This document shows, one piece after another, positions 12,842 to 24,011 of a stretch of DNA of 64,000 nucleotides (the stretch's first letter is position 1; each line of letters opens with the position of its first letter). The stretch covers positions 62,001 through 126,000 of the forward strand of contig JBPGPT010000013.1 in NCBI GenBank assembly GCA_051047955.1, in the 5' to 3' direction. Source of the stretch: Cystobasidiomycetes sp. EMM_F5. Lineage: Eukaryota. The notes beneath the pieces were generated by a model. That model saw nothing but the letters and a program-made list of their open reading frames with translations. It did no database searches and had not been told where the DNA came from. Both the position numbers and the translations under genes were made by a program.

Positions 12842-14041
12842 ATGCCCCCGACAGTAATTCTGATTCGACACGCTCAGGCCAAACAGCAAGTCTGCGATAT
12901 CCTCGAGCATTGTCGACACAGAAGAAAGAGCTGATGTTTGCACGCTGGCCTCTTCGACGAACGATCGATGACCGCGAAACCCATGTTTACCCGGAATCCA
13001 CTCTGCTGCACCGTTACGACAATAAACTGACAGTAATGTTGCGCGCGACTGGTCTATTCCGGACCCTCACTTGACTCCGCTTGGCGAAACGCAAGCAAAA
13101 TCATTATCCGTCGCATACCCGAAACTGTACGATTCAAGCGATGTCATACTCACAAGCCCGTTAAAGCGGACCATCCAAACGACTCTGTTTGGCTTTCCGA
13201 AACTGCCAGAGGGCAAGAAAGTGGTGGAAATAATGCCAGATCTGTGAGAACGAATTGTCTTCGGATCGTACTAGCCATGCTGATAGCTTTCAATCGCACA
13301 GCCAAGAAACGCAAGATTTACCTTGTGTATGATACAGAACACGTCGTTGACTCTGAGCGTACTGATGATGAGCTATAAACAGGATACAGGCTCGTCGCGA
13401 GACGTGTTAGAAGCGGAGTTTACCGAACCATTCTTGGACTTTTCGCGGTGTACGGAAGGATGGAACTCGAAAACGGGCAAGTGTGTACCATACTCGCTAC
13501 TGTGTTTGCTAATGTTTATCAGGCAGGGCGTTATGCTCCAACGTAGGATCAGCAAGCATGTTGAGCAGCGTGCATCATCCGCTGACTCGCGCATCCACAT
13601 TGCAGTAAGGAGGCATTCGATGCGCGAGCCTTGAGCGTGCGCAGGATGCTACGGGGGCGAAGCGAGAAGACGGTGACTGTGGTCTGTCATGCTGTAAGCA
13701 ACCTTCCAGCCATACGCCTTTATACGCATCGGTTGATATGCAATTTTGTCAGGGCTTCCTCAAACACCTCGTCATGTTACCACATGTGCATGTAAGGCAG
13801 GCTTGGATATAATATTCAGCACAATCTAACACGCTTACCCGTAGGTGTGGAAGAATGTTGAAGCTCGAAGTGAGCCTGGGTCGCAATAGAGTATGAAACA
13901 CGCTTATGACTGCTCTATACAGTATATCGCTTCCCTACTGATGACCCAGATGACGAGGCTATTCTCGAGCAGCTTCCGCCTGAAGTAGAGGCAGAATACT
14001 TTGGCGCTCGAAACGAAGATATCCTGTCTCCTACGTGGTAG
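12842..14041 (+). CDS. Histidine phosphatase / phosphoglycerate mutase family protein
   Basis: MPPTVILIRHAQAKH|NVARDWSIPDPHLTPLGETQA...TSPLKRTIQT...LPC|DTGSSRDVLEAEF...VVCHA|GFLKHL. Shows the RHxxxxHN, SPLxR and second His motifs. Confidence 0.88.
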
Positions 14042-14496
14042 CGGGAGAGGGTGTAGCTCTTCGCCATGTTGTTTTCATAGTGTATCCGTTACTCTCTTCA
14101 AGGCATCTCCACTCTTTGCAGTCTGTCTGTCGACATTATTTGACTCTGTGCCTCTTGTTGCTTAGGCGACCCTGAGTGCCATCCTGAGAATGAAAATGCA
14201 AAAGTCCCTGCGAGGGTCTGAATGAATGTCTGATATTCCTGGCCATTGACCAACTTGCGATACACTTACTGCTGCCAGCTGACTGCTGCTGCTGCTGCTG
14301 ACACTCTTTCGTCACGATGATATCCACGGAGGGTCTGTGAGAGCTGGGCTGACGGCCCGACAGACTGACGCGTTCCGAGGTTGGGTCAGCTCTGAACAGA
14401 TGCTTGATATCTTCGAGTAGACACCAACTCCTATTGTGTTTATTGATTCATCTTGCTTCCTCCCTGGTCAAGTCTGGCCAGCGATACCCAAATACA

Positions 14497-17400
14497 ATGT
14501 AGTATGTCCCGGTCCAAGCTAGACGCAACGATGCGGCAGCTCATTGACTACGAACCTCTACAGTGTGCCTCTCAAGACTACTCCCCAAGAAGAACCTCGG
14601 TTCATTCGCCCTTCGGAGCGCTTTGCCAATACTGGCATATTCGGCTCACAGGGCATTTACGGTCAAGGCGGTTCCCTTAATCCGTCACGGAGAGCCAATG
14701 CTACCCTAGACATCGCAGTAACTCCAGTCAGCCAGCCCTCGGGGTCCACGGCAGAAGTGGTTGGTACCCCCAGGCAGCGCAGAACGAGCCTGCCCAGCTC
14801 GGCTGCACCTTCATCTATTCCGTCCTCTTCGGTACAGCGAATATCGCAGAAGACAGCTCTACATGATGTCCATGACGTGCCAGCTACCCCAAGCCGTCGA
14901 GGCATCTTCGCCTTCGGATCGAAGAGCAAGGCCACAAAAGCTAGACAGGCTGCCGACAAGAAGCAGCAGAACAAGCATTCTCATCGAAGATCAATGTCTG
15001 TAGACGATTCTAGGCTCCTGACTGAGGTTTCGCCTCAATATCGGATCAAAGATGAGCGCCGGCCGAAGCCTGCTGTGTCTGATGTAGACTCTAGCTTCCA
15101 CTCGGAGGCGTCAGATGCAGATTGGACCGTTCTCAATCGCTCAGACGGTAGCATATCTGGCTCGTCACAAAACAAAGCCCCGGTCACTCCTAGCAAGTTT
15201 GGTACTCTAGCAAGACTGCCAATGTTCTCCGTCTTCAAAGGAAGTGTTCAAAGTGAAGTAGCCAGCATGTCCACACCTCCCCAAACTCCAGTCAAGGAGA
15301 CGGACGCCAAGTCCAAATCCTCTACCGTGACTGTTAGTGTCGCATCCTCTCCGAACACACCAGCTCGTAACGGTAATGTGCCCTTGAAGGCCGTGCAAAT
15401 GACGCAAACGCCGGAGCTGGGTCAACGGCAGTATCGATCAACATACTCACCTCCTTCTCCACAAAATACACGTGCTCATGCACTGCTGGCAACCCCTCCT
15501 GCGTCACGATCGAAATCCAGATCACCCTCACCAAGTGAGTCTGTTAGGTATCGTTTCTCTACCCTCGCGCTGACTCGTGATATCTGGTCAATTAGATGTG
15601 CCACAGACACCACAACGTGATCACGGCGTTCCATCTTTGACGGCAGCCACTTCAAGCACGAGCCCTCCGAGAACTCCTACAGCTCCTGCCAGACCGTCGC
15701 CGCCAGTTGACTCACGAGCCACATTGTTCAGCCCTCCTCGGACTGCACGACCTGTCCAAGCAGGAGCAGATGTATTTCTCAAGGCTGCCATGGCTCAAAC
15801 AGTGATCCGAGCACAACACCGTCAATCTGGCATGCCCAATTTGAGCAACATTAGAACGCAGCCTGGTCATCCTTCTTCTGTCCGCCATAGCCCAATCCCT
15901 TCCCCATTTGATCATCTTCTGGCTGACCCAAATCAAAATCGATCTCGCTCGCCAAATAGGCAAGTGTCGCCCCCACAGCAGGTAGCACAACGGTCTGTTT
16001 ACAATGCGTCTACGGACACCACGCAATCGCCTGACCACGCGGGGTTGGGTCGTCGTCGAGATGATAGTACTTTGGCGGTCACAAACGCTGCGCATGTGGC
16101 CGCGATACGGCCTGTTTCACACGCCGAGACTGTAACGTCCGATGACTACGGGACTTCGCCAACAGATACGATACCTCCGCGATCTCCTCGCATTCCCCAG
16201 CGAGCAGAACAGGTCTACACTGGCAAAACTCGCTTCATTGACGCAATTTGCAGTTATCCCTACGGTATTTTAGCTACACTGCTAGATTTTCTAGACTACG
16301 ATACCTTCAGATCGCTCTATTGTGTAAGCAACAAGGTTCGCAGTACCGTCAAGGAAGGCAACGCAAAGCGGATTGTACTTGAACGATACTTGGGTGCCAT
16401 TGGATATCGGGAGCATCGAGATTCTGCGCTGGACATATCGCTTCAGGATCTGCATGCATGTCAAGCAAGCAAGTATTACTCGCTATCAGAATATGCTCTA
16501 TTAGCTGCCGAGCATAAACGACGCCCGCTGGAATTAACGACACTGCGCATGCTTCGTGCATCCTCTCGAGCTTACAGCAAGCTAGTGGCGCGACTTCGTT
16601 TGCAGCCTCCTGATCTACCCATATCTAGAGCGACTTGGGCGACTCCATCTGGACAAGCGTCTATGTATAAGATTGGAAGGGCGGCATCATTCAGAGTGTG
16701 GATACCCTGCGAGAGCCAATGGATGACGGATGCCGAGCTGATGGAGTGCGAGAGGTACGACAAGGCTGATTGAGCTAGTATTTGCTTCGCTGACAACGCA
16801 ATCCTGTAGAGAATTGCATCGATCTGGTGTGTGGCAGCTGCTTAAAAAGGGTGATCTCGTACGCAACATCGCAGTGGGAGATATAGCGAACGAAGGTCTG
16901 TCCGTTTTGATTTGGTCGCCTCCACACGCCACTGAATCTCCCCGGCATAGGCGTAGTCATATTCGATGGCAAATATTTGAGGGATCTGGCGTATACTCAC
17001 GATGCTGTCGGGCACCTCCCTGCTTGGCTGGATGTGTTAGCATGGTCTCCTTCGTATTGGCACAATCTACTGGCCTCCTCGACCGATCAGCCGGTAGTGT
17101 TCATGGATATCACGCCGTTCTTGTCTACGCTTCAGAACAACATGTCGCTTTGTAAGGATCGCATCGCTGTCGAGTCGCCCAGTGGAGATCGCCACCTCGT
17201 CAACCGGTTCGTCTACAGAGCGACTATCTCCATCAAAAGAGGAATGTCGCTAGGCATTGATGATGAACAAATGGAAGGCGGAGGCGTAATTCACCACGAA
17301 TGGATCGGCCAAGTGATCATTGAGGTCGACGGTACAAGCGAAGCTACGAAAGCATTGCTTGACCGAGCAACGCGTAAAGTTACTCCTGCAAGCGGCTTGA

Positions 17401-17516
17401 AGTCGGTCAGTCTTAACAGCTACCCCTATAAATTGATGCGAGCTGCATCGCGACCTGGGCAAATTTGGGTGAAGCCGGTCGAGGTAGCTACCTCGAGGCA
17501 GACAAGGCGCATGTAA
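14497..17516 (+). CDS. Hypothetical protein: long S/P-rich disordered N-terminus, F-box-like motif and folded C-terminal domain
   Basis: Consecutive long ORFs 14544-15620, 15577-16773 and 16977-17516 can be joined by GT-AG introns. YGILATLLDFLDYDTFRSLYCVSNKVR resembles an F-box. Confidence 0.6.
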
Positions 17517-17809
17517 GAGCCCGCAACCCTTTTTGTCAACAATTTTTATCATCATGTGCTGTCTTTGGTGCAGTATTGCTGTCTTGCCCTTTCATGTCTA
17601 TAATACAGTGTATCGTTACGAACTGCCACGTATCCTTAAAAGGCGGTAAAATACAGTATCTCTCGCTATTCTCAAGCTACATTCTGTGACGGAATTGTCC
17701 ATATTGTTTACGCTGAGCATTTTATTGTCAGAACAGGCACGTAATATGAAACGTTCTTATCTAGAGCACCAAAGTCGGCCAAATCCTAAGCTACCTCCAA
17801 ATAGGCGGA

Positions 17810-20634
17810 TCAGACCACCCTTAAAGTGAGTTTGGCAGGCGCCAGTCCGATGGTAGTCTTCCAGTCGTCGTCGTCCTCAATTTGAACCAATTCTTTGAGG
17901 CTTTTCGCTTCAAAGATTTTTGTGGCAGTCTTGCTGCTACCCGCACCAGCCGAGCAAGCTACAGCGATATACCAGTCGCCTTCCGGTAGATCGATACCTG
18001 AAGAAATGCATTTTTCTGCTATGCGATCCCGAGCTCCGAGCAAGGAGAGATCTCGTGGAATCTTTAGCAAGAAATTTGACGAGTCCGTCATTATCTTCAG
18101 CGTGATAGTGCTAGACTCCTGAATAGCTTTATGTAATGACCTTGCAGCTTTCAGTGTGCGCGGTGTAGGCTGGAGTGGGGTCGTTTCAACATCGTTACTA
18201 TCAAGCCGAGGGGATGCGAGAATTGTTTCGAGCACCGGAGTATGCAGAGATGACGTGCGTCGCCTATGCACTCTGAGTGATCGTCGACGGCCATGGTTCT
18301 CACTGATGGGGGATGAAAGAGGGCTGATAGGATCGCATTCGTTCATAATGACAGATGGAGTCGGCGAAATGGGAAGATCCTTGTCGACTGCTGCTAGGCT
18401 TAAGCCTGTGTATAGTTGAGGCAGAGCAGGTCTAGTATATGCAGACTTCTGAAGAGACGTTGTGTGAGCACCGTATGTCATCGCAAGGCTTTGCGGAACA
18501 TCTTCCAACAAAGGCGCTGGCGCCGACACAGAGGCATCCCGGTAAAATCCTTCGAAAGCAGCCGGGCAAGACATCATTGGGGAGCTCGTGGAGACGAGGG
18601 AGTCCACAGATGGATTGGAGCCAACACTAGTTGACGATGAGAAATCGAAGCCCAGACCTGCGAACGATCCGGACCTCGAACTCGTTGCGCTGATTGGCGT
18701 CGTGAAGCCGTTGCTAGCTGATGACGAATACTCGAGCGAAGCGATGCTACTGATTGACGAGTTGTGGGTGTGTTCTGACGTTGGCGAGATAGGAGATCCT
18801 AGTCCGACGGCATTCGGCGCCCTTCGGAGCGAAAGATAAGCCGGACTCGGTGTCGCCGCTGTCGATGCAGACACAGGAGGAGCACTGCTCTTACTCGCAG
18901 AGGTGTAATGCTTGCGTAGATTTGACAGACTCGGTCGTTTGAACTTAGGCGTGCTGTGAGGCAGAGGCGGACTCGCCGTGTCGCTCTCCGCACTCGATGA
19001 TCCAGCAGCTCGCTTGAACAAGTTTTTAAATGACTTGCTTTCAGCCAGAGCCGGACTGGAACGCAAAGATCCTATCGGAGATGGGTGTGCTGTACTAGTC
19101 GCCGAAGACATCGCTGAGTCGTCATGGAGTGGCTTGAGAGACGGCCTTCGAAGAGATGGTGTTTGATACGCTGTCGGTGCATCGTAAGCCTCGAGAAAGC
19201 TGCCGGAAGGCATTTCAGGAGGCAGAGACGGATGTGGCTGCAGAGCATGCCGCAGATCCTGCAAAGAGCGGAAATGCTTCATCCCGCCTAATCCGCCACG
19301 GCTTGTCTTGCGAGGAGTCACTGCTGGCATGTTTGTCGTTGCAAGAGGTCGCACACCATCTACATTGCCCGTGGTGTCCACATGTGGCTCGCCGAAACAC
19401 CCCTCTGGAGTGGGTGCATCTCGATGGTAAATCGGAGAGGCAGGAGATACTGCTCTTGAGGAGCTGGCAGTATTGCCAGCACTATACAGGACCGTAGAGC
19501 CCGAGGGCGTACGATTGCGACTGCCGGGACGTGCTGTAGATTCCGTCCTGAGAGAGGCAGTATCTGAGCACGCGGAGGTCGAACCAGCTGTATTGCATCG
19601 CGCACCAGTAGACGAGGATCTCAATGCATTGTTCAATGCAGATGCAAGATGGAAGGACGATGAGGGTGATCGCGGAGGGTAGCTTCTGTATTGATTGACG
19701 TCTGTATTTTCAGCGTCAGGACTCGCGACGGGTACGCATGTCGATGGAATCGCTGGTGCTGCGCGCGGAAACTTGAAGTCTAGGTGTGCTGGATAAGCAG
19801 GTCTGGCTAGGCTAGAAGAGCGTTGAGGTATTTGATTGTATCCGTTGAAGCCATCCTGATGTGCAGCAGCCAATCTCCGAAGGTCCGGCGTGGAGCGCTG
19901 TGTGGCAAGTTGAGCGCGTACACTCAAGTTTCGAGGAGAGTTGTCTGCGTCGAGTCCAGCTGGCCGTGAGGGCCTTCTGACCTGAGTTAGGGGTGAAGCT
20001 ACACCCTCTGGAGAGCGCTCTCTGATACCCGGGTAAGCTAACTGCATGCCTTCAGACTCGCCAGCAAACCTGGCATTGGCAATTGCAGCTGCGACTGCAA
20101 AAGCATTTGAGCTCTGACCGAGAACAGGACTAGGAGGAAGAAGTCCGTCGAGTCCGTTGTCTTTGATTTCGAAAAAGTCGCGTACTAGAGGAAACGAAGT
20201 GACTGCTCTGGGCAATACGAACAGATGTCGCATAAATTGATCAAGCTCGTCGCGTCTATTGGCATGTGTGGTGGCAGTGACAAAGAGAATGACTTTGCGC
20301 GAGAGGCGAGGTACGTTCTGTACCGCTGCGTCTGGATCATCGAAAGCGACGGGAGTGAGTGGAAATGCCAGGCTGAGTCTGTTCCGCAGAATTATGCGTC
20401 AGAAGAATGAATTTTATGCATGGCAAGGACGGCCGCTCACTTTGTACTGAACTCGGTAAACTCATCCCATCGACGGTATATGGTATAGGGTTCGTTGCCC
20501 GTGTCGTTCGAGTCCGTTGCGTCATCCGGAGTATGCGGAACAGTGGATGGAAAAGGGCAGACACGGACTGCATATATCACCTTGCCGCCTACTTTTGAAA
20601 AGTGTGGAACGGCAGCCGACTTGATCTGAATCAT
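17810..20634 (-). CDS. PX-domain and PB1-like domain scaffold protein
   Basis: The N-terminal exon KVIYAVRV...YTIYRRWDEFTEFSTK plus LFVLPRAVTSFPLVRDFF are PX hallmarks. A long S/P-rich linker leads to C-terminal ITLKI...LLKIPRDLSL...IEDDDDWKT...KLTLRVV, with the PB1 basic Lys and an acidic OPCA-like motif. Confidence 0.7.
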
Positions 20635-21809
20635 GGTGGCGAGGCGGACGGGAGTGGGTCGAGAGGTCGACCGGACTCAAGGTAGACGGAAGAGAGACCA
20701 GCGACAGTGACGAAAATTGTGAACGTGATCCTGTTTCAATAGGCGCAGGACAGAGTTAGTGACGTGCTTGACCGAGCTCACGCACAGGTGCGCGCCGTGG
20801 CGAAAGTTGAGCTTGACTTACGTGAGGTCCGGGGACCTACTTGACGTGAGATGGCTTGTTGACTTTGCGTGATACGGGGTTGCTTTGTTCGTGATGAATG
20901 TATGCTTTGCAGTCCCAGCTATCGAGCGTTTCCGGCTGTAGTCTAAAAGTCAGTTGGTTGCCGACGCCCGAGGTTGCGAGTGTGCGGGCGACGGAAAGAA
21001 GAGGGAGGGGCGCGATAGAAGTATTTGAACAGAGAGTACGCAGAGGCGGGCACTGCGATGACCTTTCTGATTCATGCAGGAAATGAGTAGAATTTCGAAT
21101 AACCGAGCCAGCCTTCTGACGTCGGCGGTGTAAGGCTGGTCAAGGAAGACGCGACCAGAGGTGTGCGAGCGCTTCACCGACGTAAACGGTGGAAGCAGGA
21201 CTGAGCTCGAGGTCAGAATATCGACCGTGCGCTTACAATCACTTCACCCGTGAAATGGGTGTGCTCGATCGCGTAGATGGGGCCGACCGCGCGACGGTGA
21301 AAGAGATGGGGGTAAACTCACAGCAGAGCAGATTATAATACGAGATGGACAAGAGCAGTGATGGACGCGCTGCAGAGGTTAGTGGAAGAGCGCGTTGATT
21401 TGAGATTTGAGATTTAGAGGCTGCCGAGGTGAGGGACCTCAAGGGCGCGTGGAAGGGGAGGGTCTGCAGCGAGGAGGGCCGTGTCAAGAGTCAGCTGAGG
21501 GCCATCAATGGATTGGCAACTGGACAAGCAGTTATCGAGAACAATAATGATTCCCCAGTCCTGGCAAGCGAGCCCATCTTCCGAACCCGCTCCGTGTTTT
21601 GGTAAACAAGTGGTCTTGTACAACGCAAAACAGAGCTAGAGTGTGGAGAAGACGCGACGTGTAGAGATGGTCAGTCGAAGACGGGAGAAGATGCGCGCGA
21701 CCGTCGTCTGTGTAGTTGACAGCCGTACGCAAGGTTTGGTTGGCGACCACGTCTCCGCAATGGACACTCCGTCCCTAATCAGCTGCCAGTGCACCCCCTC
21801 CCACAGCTA

Positions 21810-22154
21810 TCAATTGAAGAGGAATACCGCATGTTTGCATCTCTGACAGACCTTTTTGAACATGGCCGGCTTTGGTGGATACTCGTGCTGACCTCCAGCA
21901 CATCCCAAGCCTCTCCGTGTCGTTTCATCGGATCCGGACCCGGATCGAGCAAGGTTTGCTAAAGCCTCGGCATTTCTCCGGTGATTCGCGTAGCTACTCA
22001 CGACAGGCCTGACACGCTTCTGTCCCGAGGTCGCACAAGAGCTGACTCTCGTATTGCTGGTTCTGCCTCTCTTGGAGATTTTGCCTGACACAATAGCTTG
22101 AGTTCCACTTACTCGCTTGGATGCTGCTGAAGTGTTTGCATTGCGAGATGACAT
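21810..22154 (-). CDS. Small basic protein with C-terminal CHCC zinc-ribbon-like motif (copy A)
   Basis: Intronless ATG-initiated 114-aa ORF ending CAGGQHEYPPKPAMFKKVCQRCKHAVFLFN*. The motif is shared with the two adjacent ORFs. Confidence 0.55.
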   Translation of the reverse strand: MSSRNANTSAASKRVSGTQAIVSGKISKRGRTSNTRVSSCATSGQKRVRPVVSSYANHRRNAEALANLARSGSGSDETTRRGLGCAGGQHEYPPKPAMFKKVCQRCKHAVFLFN

Positions 22155-22495
22155 TGGATGAGAGCAGATTACTAAAGATTCAGGCGATAGGCGAATGGAT
22201 GCCGCCTTGTGTGTTGTGTGATAGCGGAATCAAGAGGAGCCGGTGCGACCAAATACCGTCGAATTTCACATTGGCACTGCACTCGGCCACGCAGTGCTGT
22301 TGTGTGTCTCTCCTTTGTGGCCGGGAAAGGTATCCGCAGGGTTCACATTGATAGTTTAACAGCACAAAATGTACAATGCGCAGTACAATCTCTCGTTGTT
22401 CAACAACAAGAACCAACTTCAAAGTTCTGTTGATGCACATCGCCTTCTACCGCACGCGCATCTGCATCTAAATTTTACACCGCGACCCTTCAAGT

Positions 22496-22783
22496 TTACT
22501 GACTGGCTCCGCCGCACTTCGCGCAGAGCTTGTAGTTGGCTGGTCCAGCAGGCCCTGGGCTAAACTCATGCTGACCTCGAGTACATGCATTAGAGCGACG
22601 CACGGGCGCAGGCGCACTCGACATCTGATATAGCTGGATGGCATTACTGAAATGTTGGCCATACATTGCAGCCCGTGGAGGACCTCCCTGAAACGGTTGC
22701 GTTGACAACGCAGGGCTTTGCGATCTACGCGGAGGACTAGGTGCGGCTTGACGGTTTTGGAAGGGAGATCCACTGTTCGGCAT
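22496..22783 (-). CDS. Small protein with C-terminal CHCC zinc-ribbon-like motif (copy B)
   Basis: Intronless ORF from ATG 22783 (MPNSGSPF...) ending CTRGQHEFSPGPAGPANYKLCAKCGGASQ*. Confidence 0.55.
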   Translation of the reverse strand: MPNSGSPFQNRQAAPSPPRRSQSPALSTQPFQGGPPRAAMYGQHFSNAIQLYQMSSAPAPVRRSNACTRGQHEFSPGPAGPANYKLCAKCGGASQ

Positions 22784-23033
22784 GTGAGGTAAGACGAGCC
22801 TTTTCACAAGACAGAATTTGAAGAGGATCTGGATATGAAGGTTTGCGTTTCAGATTTTAGAAGTGGTGCTTGGGAAGCGAAAGAGCACTGGAGACTGCAG
22901 GTATGCAATTTTCTCATACATGGCTCTGCTTGGGGAAAAGGTAGTGCTGTGCTAATCTCACAGCAACAACCTGTGTCTTTTGCCAGTCCACACTTCACAG
23001 CCTAGCACCGTAGTTCTCCTACGTCACTTCTAC

Positions 23034-23188
23034 TTCAGTTTTGTTAAACTCTGTAGCATGCTGTAAATGAAATCGCGCTAGTTTAGCAGTGAGAATACCA
23101 CACCGCAGTTCAGTTTTGTTGAACTCTGTAGCATGCTGTGAATGAAATCGCGCTAGTGCAGCAGTGAGAATACCACACCGCAGTTTTG
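23034..23188. repeat. Direct tandem duplication, 2 x 75 bp
   Basis: TTCAGTTTTGTT(A/G)AACTCTGTAGCATGCTGT(A/G)AATGAAATCGCGCTAGT(TT/GC)AGCAGTGAGAATACCACACCGCAG starts at both 23034 and 23109, with 4 mismatches. Confidence 0.95.
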
Positions 23189-23455
23189 ACACTTTCGTGA
23201 TATCATCGACATCCGCTGACCTGCTGGAACTGAGCGGATATGACCGCCCAATCTACAGAGGTCGTTCGCGTTCTGCCTGTGTTGCCCGGCGGAGGTGATG
23301 CGGCGCTTGTGCGGTTTTTGGCCTTTTAGCTTTTGGAAGACAGGAGAGTGCGATAGGGTCTGAGCGCTGCCAGGTTGCGCTCTTGCAGGATTCACGGGCG
23401 TAAAGTTGTTGACGTGCACAAGCGTTGGGGGCGCGGACTGCTGCCTGGTGGACAT
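23153..23455 (-). CDS. Small basic protein with C-terminal CHCC zinc-ribbon-like motif (copy C)
   Basis: Intronless ATG-initiated 100-aa ORF ending CRLGGHIRSVPAGQRMSMISRKCQNCGVVFSLLH*. Confidence 0.55.
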   Translation of the reverse strand: MSTRQQSAPPTLVHVNNFTPVNPARAQPGSAQTLSHSPVFQKLKGQKPHKRRITSAGQHRQNANDLCRLGGHIRSVPAGQRMSMISRKCQNCGVVFSLLH

Positions 23456-24011
23456 GAAGATGTGGTTCGGCTTTTAGTCTCCAAGCGTAATGTCGCTTGT
23501 AAGCGCTTTCTGAAAGCGAGCGTGTGGTCGACGTGCAGAAGAAAAGGCCCACGTCAGGCGATGTATACCTGTGAATGGCACTTCAAGCTGTGCACTAGCA
23601 GTGCATGCAGTGCATACAGTGATGCACCATGCAACGCAATTGTCACTTTCCGGCGTGCGAACGGCTCTGCGGCACTACTGAGAGAGTAGTAGTGTCTCTG
23701 TAAGACAAAGTCGCAGGAAGACAGTCTTGCAGTCGCAAAAGTGATTGATGGAGCAGCCTTTCAAACGGTGATTTGCGGGTGGTAGAGACCGTTTGCGGAT
23801 TTCTGAAGATAGAATCGACGGGACAGTGCCAGATGTCAGCTGGCGGTACGGAGGTTGTCTGAATTCAAACGTCAGTAAGCAGCTCTCGCTGTATTTAGTG
23901 CGCCTCATTGAATTGTGACGCGTTCGAGGCACTTGATGCCTTTGATATCCGTCGACCTGTCATACGATACTCCTGGAGGTAGATCCGAGCTGGGATTTGT
24001 ACACATTCGCC

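Noticed and set aside
23034..23188. 75-bp repeat as a CRISPR array or transposon end
   Set aside because: It is two abutting copies with no spacer, terminal inverted repeats or transposase, in a eukaryotic context.
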